From NCBI GenBank assembly GCA_964016885.1, contig OZ024743.1, forward strand, positions 139,562,001-139,626,000: 64,000 nucleotides of DNA, in the 5' to 3' direction. Shown in pieces: positions 57,461-64,000 of this stretch (its first letter is position 1; each line of letters starts with the position of its first letter). The notes below the pieces were generated by a model. The model was given only the letters and a program-made list of their open reading frames with translations. It was not told the origin of the DNA and searched no databases. A program made the position numbers and the translations under genes. Source of the stretch: Eledone cirrhosa (taxonomy: Eukaryota).

Positions 57461-60400
57461 CACCAAACACCAAACACCAAGATCCAAAGACCAAGCTACA
57501 AGCCCCAAGCACCAAGCACCAAAAAATAAGCACCAAGCACCAAACACCAAGCACCAAGCACCAAACACCAACCACCCAGCACCAAGCACCAAGCACCAAA
57601 CACCAAGCACCAAACACCAAACACCAAGCACCAAGCACCAAGTGCCAAGCACCAAACACCAAGCACCAAGCACTAAGCGCCAAACACCAAGCCCCAAGCA
57701 GCAAGCACCAAACACCAAACACCAAGCACCAAGCACCAAACACTAAGCACCAAGCACCAAGCACCTAGCACCAAACACCAAACACCAAGCACCAAGCACC
57801 AAACACCAAGCACCAATCACCAAGCACCAAACACCAAGCAGCAAGCAGCAAGCACCAAACACCAAATACCAAGCAACAAGCACCAAACACCAAGCACCAA
57901 GGACCAAACATCAAACACCAAGCACCAAGCACCAAACACCTAACACCAAGCACCAAGCACCAAGCACCAAGCACCGAACACCAAGCACCAAACACCAAGC
58001 ACCAAACACCAAGCACCAAGCACCAAGCACCAAACACCAAGCACCAAGCATCAAGCACCAAACAATAAGAACCAAGCACCAAGCACCAAACACCAAGCAC
58101 CAAGCACCAAACACCAACCACCCAGCACCAAGCACCAAGCACCAAACACCAAGCACCAAACACCAAACACCAAACACCAAGCACCAAGCACCAAGCACCA
58201 AACACCAAGCACCAAGCACCAAGCACCTAGCACCAAACACCAAACACCAAGCACCAAGCACCAAACACCAAGCACCAATCACCAAGCACAAAACACCAAG
58301 CAGCAAGCAGCAAGCACCAAACACCAAACACCAAGCACCAAGCACCAAACACCAAGCACCAAGGACCAAACATCAAACACCAAGCACCAAGCACCAAACA
58401 CCTAACACCAAGCACCAAGCACCAAGCACCAGGCACCAAGCACCAAACACCAAGCACCATGCACCAAGCACCAAGCCCCAAACACTTAACAGCAAGCACC
58501 AAGCACCAAGCACCAAACACCAATCACCAAAAACCAAACACCAAGCACCAAGTACCAAACACCAAGCACCAAGCACCAAACACCAAGCACCAAGCACCAA
58601 TCACCAAACACCAAGAACCAAGCACCAAACACCAAGCACCAAGCACCAAGCACCAGGCACCAAGCACCAAGAACCAAACACAAAACACCAAGCCCCAAGC
58701 ACCAAGCAGCAAACACCAAGCATCAAACACCAAACACCAAACACCAAGCACCAAACACCAAGCACCAAGCACCAAACACCAAACACCAAGCACCAAGCAC
58801 CAAGCACCAAACACCAAGCACCAAACACCAAACAACAAGCACCAGGCACCAAGCAAAAAACACCAAACACCAAGCACGCAGCATCAAACACCAAGCACCA
58901 AGCACCAAGCACCAAACACCAAGCACCAAGCACCAAGCACCAAGTACCAAACACCAAACACCAAGCACCAAACACCAAACACCAAGCACCAATCACCAAG
59001 CACGAAACACCAGGCACCAAGCACCAAGCACCAAACACCAAACACCAAGCACCAAACACCAGCCACCAAGCACCAAGAACCAAACACCAAACACCAAGCA
59101 CTAAGCACCAAACACCAAACAACAAGCACCAGGCACCAAGCACCAAACACCAAACACCAAGCACGCATCACCAAGCACCAAGCACCAAGCACCAAGCACC
59201 AAAAACCAAGCACCATGCACCAAGCACCAAACACCAAACACCAAACACCAACCACCAAGAACCAAACAACAAACAGCAAGCACCAAGCACCAAACACCAA
59301 GCACCAAACACCAAACCCCAAGCACCAATCACCAAACACTAATCACCAAGCACCAAGCACCAAACACCGAGCACCAAACACCAAGCACCAAGCACCAAAC
59401 ACCAAACCCCAAGCACCATAGACCAAGCACCAAGCACCAAGGAACAAACACCAAGCACCAAGCACCAAGCACCAAACACCAAGCACCAAGCACCAAACAC
59501 CCAGCACCAAGCGCCAAGCATCAAACACCAAGCACCAAGCACCAAACACCAAACACCAAACACCAAACACCAAGCACTAAACAGCAAGCACCAAACACCA
59601 AACACCAAACAGCAAACACCAAACAGCAAACACCAAACACCAAACAGCAAACAGGAAACGCCAAACACCAAGCACCAAGCAGCAAGCACCAAACACCAAG
59701 CACCAAGCACCAAGCACAAAACACCAAACACCAAGCACCAAGCACCAAGCAGCAGACACCAAGCATCAAACACCAAACACCAAACACCAAGCACCAAACA
59801 CCAAGCACTAAGCACCAAACACCAAACACCAAGCACCAAGCACCAAGCACCAAGCACCAAAAACCAAACACCAAGCACCAAGTACCAAACACCAAGCACC
59901 AAGCACCAAACACCAAGCACCAAGAACCAATCACCAAACACCAAGAACCAAGCACCAAACACCAAGCACCAAGCACCAAGCACCAGGCACCAAGCACCAA
60001 GCACCAAACACAAAACACCAAGCACCAAGCACCAAGCAGCAGACACCAAGCATCAAACACCAAACACCAAACACCAAGCACCAAACACCAAACAACAAGC
60101 ACCAGGCACCAAGCACCAAACACCAAACACCAAGCACCAAGCACCAAGCACCAAACACCAAGCACCAAGCACCAAGCACCAAGCACCAAACACCAAACAC
60201 CAAGCACCAAACACCAGATACCAAGCACCAAGAACCAAACACCAAACTCCAAGCACCAAGCACCAAACACCAAACAACAAGCACCAGGCACTAAGCACCA
60301 AACACCAAACACCAAGCACCAAGCACCAAGCACCAAACACCAAACACCAAGCACCAAACACCAGATACCAAGCACCAAGCACCAAACACCAAACTCCAAG

Positions 60401-63400
60401 CACCAAGCACCAAACACCAAACAACAAGCACCAGGCACCAAGCACCAAACACCAAACACCAAGCACCAAGCACCAAACACCAAACACCAAGCACGCAGCA
60501 TCAAACACCAAGCACCAAGCACCAAGCACCAAACACCAAGCACCAAGCACCAAACACCAACCACCAAACACAAAGCACCAAGCACCAAACACCAAGCACC
60601 AAGCACCAAACACCAAGCACCAAGCACCAAACACCAAACCCCAAGCACCAAGCACCAAACACTAATCACCAAGCACCAAGCACCAAGCACCAAACACCAA
60701 GCACCAAGCACCAAGCACCAAACACCAAGCACCAAACACCAAACACCAAACACCAAGCACCAAGAACCAAACACCAAACACCAAACAGCAAGCACCAAGC
60801 ACCAAACACCAAGCACCAAACACCAAACCCCAAGCACCAATCACCAAACACTAATCACCAAGCACCAAGCACCAAGCACCAAGCACCAAGCACCAAACAC
60901 CAAACCCCAAGCACCATAGACCAAGCACCAAGCACCAAGGAACAAACACCAAGCACCAAGCACCAAGCACCAAACACCAAGCACCAAGCACCAAACACCC
61001 AGCACCAAGCACCAAGCATCAAACACCAAGCACCAAGCACCAAACACCAAACACCAAACACCAAGCACCAAGCACTAAACAGCAAGCACCAAACACCAAA
61101 CACCAAACAGCAAACACCAAACAGCAAACACCAAACACCAAACAGAAAACAGCAAACGCCAAACACCAAGCACCAAGCTCCAAGCACCAAACACCAAGCA
61201 CCAAGCACCAAGCACAAAACACCAAACACCAAGCACCAAGCACCAAGCACCAAGCACCAAACACCAAGCACCAACACCAAGCACCAAACACCAAGCACCA
61301 AACACCAAACACTAAACACCAAGCACCAAGCACCAGACACCAAGCACCAAACACCAAGCACCAAACACCAAGTCCCACGCACCAAGCAATAAAACACCAA
61401 GCACCAAGCCCCAAACACCAAACACCAAGCACCAAGCACCAAGCCCCTAGCACCAAACACCAAACACCAAGCACCAAGCACAAAACACCAAGCACCAATC
61501 ACCAAGCACCAAACACCAAGCAGCAAGCAGCAACCACCAAACACCAAACACCAAGCACCAAGCACCAAATACCAAACACCAAGCACCAAGCACCAAGCAC
61601 CAAACACCAAGCACCAATCACCAAACACCAAGCACCAAGCACCAAACACCAAGCACCAGGCACCAAGCACCAAACACCAAGCACCAAGCACCAAACACCA
61701 AGCACCAAGACCGAAGCACCAAACACCAAGCACCAAGCACAAAGCACCAAGCACCAAGCACCAAAAACCAAACACCAAGCACCAAGTACCAAACACCAAG
61801 CACCAAGCACCAAACACCAAGCACCAAGAACCAATCACCAAACACCAAGAACCAAGCACCAAACACCAAGCACCAAGCACCAAGCACCAGGCACCAAGCA
61901 CCAAGCACCAAACACCAAACACCAAGCACCAAACACCAAGCACTAAGCACCAAACACCAAACACCAAGCACCAAGCACCAAGCACCAAACACCAAACACC
62001 AAGCACCAAACACCAGATACCAAGCACCAAGCACCAAACACCAAACTCCAAGCACCAAGCACCAAACACCAAACAACAAGCACCAGGCAACAAGCACCAA
62101 ACACCAAACACCAAGCACCAAGCACCAAACACGAAACACCAAGCACGCAGCATCAAACACCAAGCACCAAGCACCAAGCACCAAACACCAAGCACCAAGC
62201 ACCAAACACCAACCACCAAACACAAAGCACCAAGCACCAAACACCAAGCACCAAGCACCAAACACCAAGCACCAAGCACCAAACACCAAACCCCAAGCAC
62301 CAAGCACCAAACACTAATCACCAAGCACCAAGCACCAAGCACCAAACACCAAACACCAAGCACCAAGCACCAAGCACCAAACACCAAGCACCAAGCACCA
62401 AACACCAAACACCAAGATCCAAAGACCAAGCTACAAGCCCCAAGCACCAAGCACCAAAAAATAAGCACCAAGCACCAAACACCAAGCACCAAGCACCAAA
62501 CACCAACCACCCAGCACCAAGCACCAAGCACCAAACACCAAGCACCAAACACCAAACACCAAGCACCAAGCACCAAGCGCCAAGCACCAAACACCAAGCA
62601 CCAAGCACTAAGCACCAAACACCAAGCCCCAAGCAGCAAGCACCAAACACCAAACACCAAGCACCAAGCACCAAACACTAAGCACCAAGCACCAAGCACC
62701 TAGCACCAAACACCAAACACCAAGCACCAAGCACCAAACACCAAGCACCAATCACCAAGCACCAAACACCAAGCAGCAAGCAGCAAGCACCAAACACCAA
62801 ATACCAAGCAACAAGCACCAAACACCAAGCACCAAGGACCAAACATCAAACACCAAGCACCAAGCACCAAACACCTAACACCAAGCACCAAGCACCAAGC
62901 ACCGAACACCAAGCACCAAACACCAAGCACCAAACACCAAGCACCAAGCACCAAGCACCAAACACCAAGCACCAAGCATCAAGCACCAAACAATAAGAAC
63001 CAAGCATCAAGCACCAAACACCAAGCACCAAGCACCAAACACCAACCACCCAGCACCAAGCACCAAGCACCAAACACCAAGCACCAAACACCAAACACCA
63101 AACACCAAGCACCAAGCACCAAGCACCAAACACCAAGCACCAAGCACCAAGCACCTAGCACCAAACACCAAACACCAAGCAGCAAGCACCAAACACCAAG
63201 CACCAATCACCAAGCACAAAACACCAAGCAGCAAGCAGCAAGCACCAAACACCAAACACCAAGCACCAAGCACCAAACACCAAGCACCAAGGACCAAACA
63301 TCAAACACCAAGCACCAAGCACCAAACACCTAACACCAAGCACCAAGCACCAAGCACCAGGCACCAAGCACCAAACACCAAGCACCATGCACCAAGCACC

Positions 63401-64000
63401 AAGCCCCAAACACTTAACAGCAAGCACCAAGCACCAAGCACCAAACACCAATCACCAAAAACCAAACACCAAGCACCAAGTACCAAACACCAAGCACCAA
63501 GCACCAAACACCAAGCACCAAGCACCAATCACCAAACACCAAGAACCAAGCACCAAACACCAAGCACCAAGCACCAAGCACCAGGCACCAAGCACCAAGA
63601 ACCAAACACAAAACACCAAGCCCCAAGCACCAAGCAGCAAACACCAAGCATCAAACACCAAACACCAAACACCAAGCACCAAACACCAAGCACCAAGCAC
63701 CAAACACCAAACACCAAGCACCAAGCACCAAGCACCAAACACCAAGCACCAAACACCAAACAACAAGCACCAGGCACCAAGCAAAAAACACCAAACACCA
63801 AGCACGCAGCATCAAACACCAAGCACCAAGCACCAAGCACCAAACACCAAGCACCAAGCACCAAGCACCAAGTACCAAACACCAAACACCAAGCACCAAT
63901 CACCAAGCACGAAACACCAGGCACCAAGCACCAAGCACCAAACACCAAACACCAAGCACCAAACACCAGCCACCAAGCACCAAGAACCAAACACCAAACA
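55360..64000 (-). repeat. Right-arm tandem higher-order repeat, period 4928-4935 bp; the second copy runs off the window
   Basis: ORFs 55362/60291, 55733/60662 and 55912/60841 (4929); 56571/61499, 57015/61943, 58227/63155 and 58524/63452 (4928). Markers gtcccacg at 56444/61372 and gatccaaagaccaagctacaag at 57481/62416. Confidence 0.9.

Larger units (their letters stand above)
47591..64000 (-). repeat. Same heptamer satellite in inverted orientation, (RCACCAA)n on +; runs off the 3' edge
   Basis: Tandem GCACCAA/ACACCAA, the reverse complement of TTGGTGC/TTGGTGT, from 47591 to the end. The LVLGAWC-type ORFs move to the minus strand here. Confidence 0.99.

Noticed and set aside
6-63997. Hundreds of long ORFs (LVLGAWC-type 'membrane' proteins and TKHQAPS-type 'mucin-like' proteins)
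   Set aside because: They are open in all six frames simply because the 7-mer has no stop codon. All three frames of a strand give the same heptad, stops and frameshifts fall wherever variant monomers occur, most starts are TTG/GTG from the repeat itself, and there is no non-repetitive domain.
1-64000. CRISPR array or other repeat-spacer system
   Set aside because: There are no unique spacers, leader or cas genes. All variation is point change within one 7-bp monomer.
1-64000. De novo reverse-transcriptase product (active telomerase tract or DRT-type concatemeric cDNA / never-ending ORF)
   Set aside because: Rare variants and the C/T order are inherited in kb-scale duplicated blocks, which indicates DNA-level amplification. 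No RT gene or template RNA is present, and the reading frames are interrupted.
1-64000. C/T dimorphism caused by CpG methylation-deamination or fungal RIP
   Set aside because: The variable C lies in a GCTT context, not CpG or CpA, and the abundant CpA sites on the C-rich strand are mostly intact.
1-64000. Cyanobacterial STRR-type heptamer repeats
   Set aside because: STRRs are short intergenic tracts with different consensus sequences. A gene-free array of at least 64 kb with higher-order structure is not plausible for a bacterial chromosome.

Overview
The whole 64-kb window is one simple-sequence satellite built on a 7-bp monomer, TTGGTGY (TTGGTGC and TTGGTGT both very common; about 9,100 monomers = 64,000/7). 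I found no unique sequence, credible protein-coding gene, RNA gene, transposon or CRISPR array. All ORFs in the track follow from a stop-free heptamer (LV[LF]G[AV]WC on the G-rich strand, TKHQ[AT]P[SN] on the C-rich strand). The main structural event is a seamless polarity switch at 47590/47591 (...ggtttttggt|ccaagcacc...), from (TTGGTGY)n to (RCACCAA)n on the + strand. The two arms are not mirror images and carry partly different variant monomers. Rare variants act as barcodes for nested higher-order duplications, with offsets of 105, 385, 462, ~1190-1200, 1294, 1441, 1497, 1709, ~2910, ~3300, ~3410, 3969, ~4930, 6329 and 6584 bp and ~15.4 kb. A ~147-bp block of T-type monomers with a mutated second G recurs 20 times in the left arm. 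The best reading is a eukaryotic centromeric, pericentromeric or subtelomeric satellite array containing an inversion or fusion junction. I cannot assign the organism or a named satellite family from the sequence alone.
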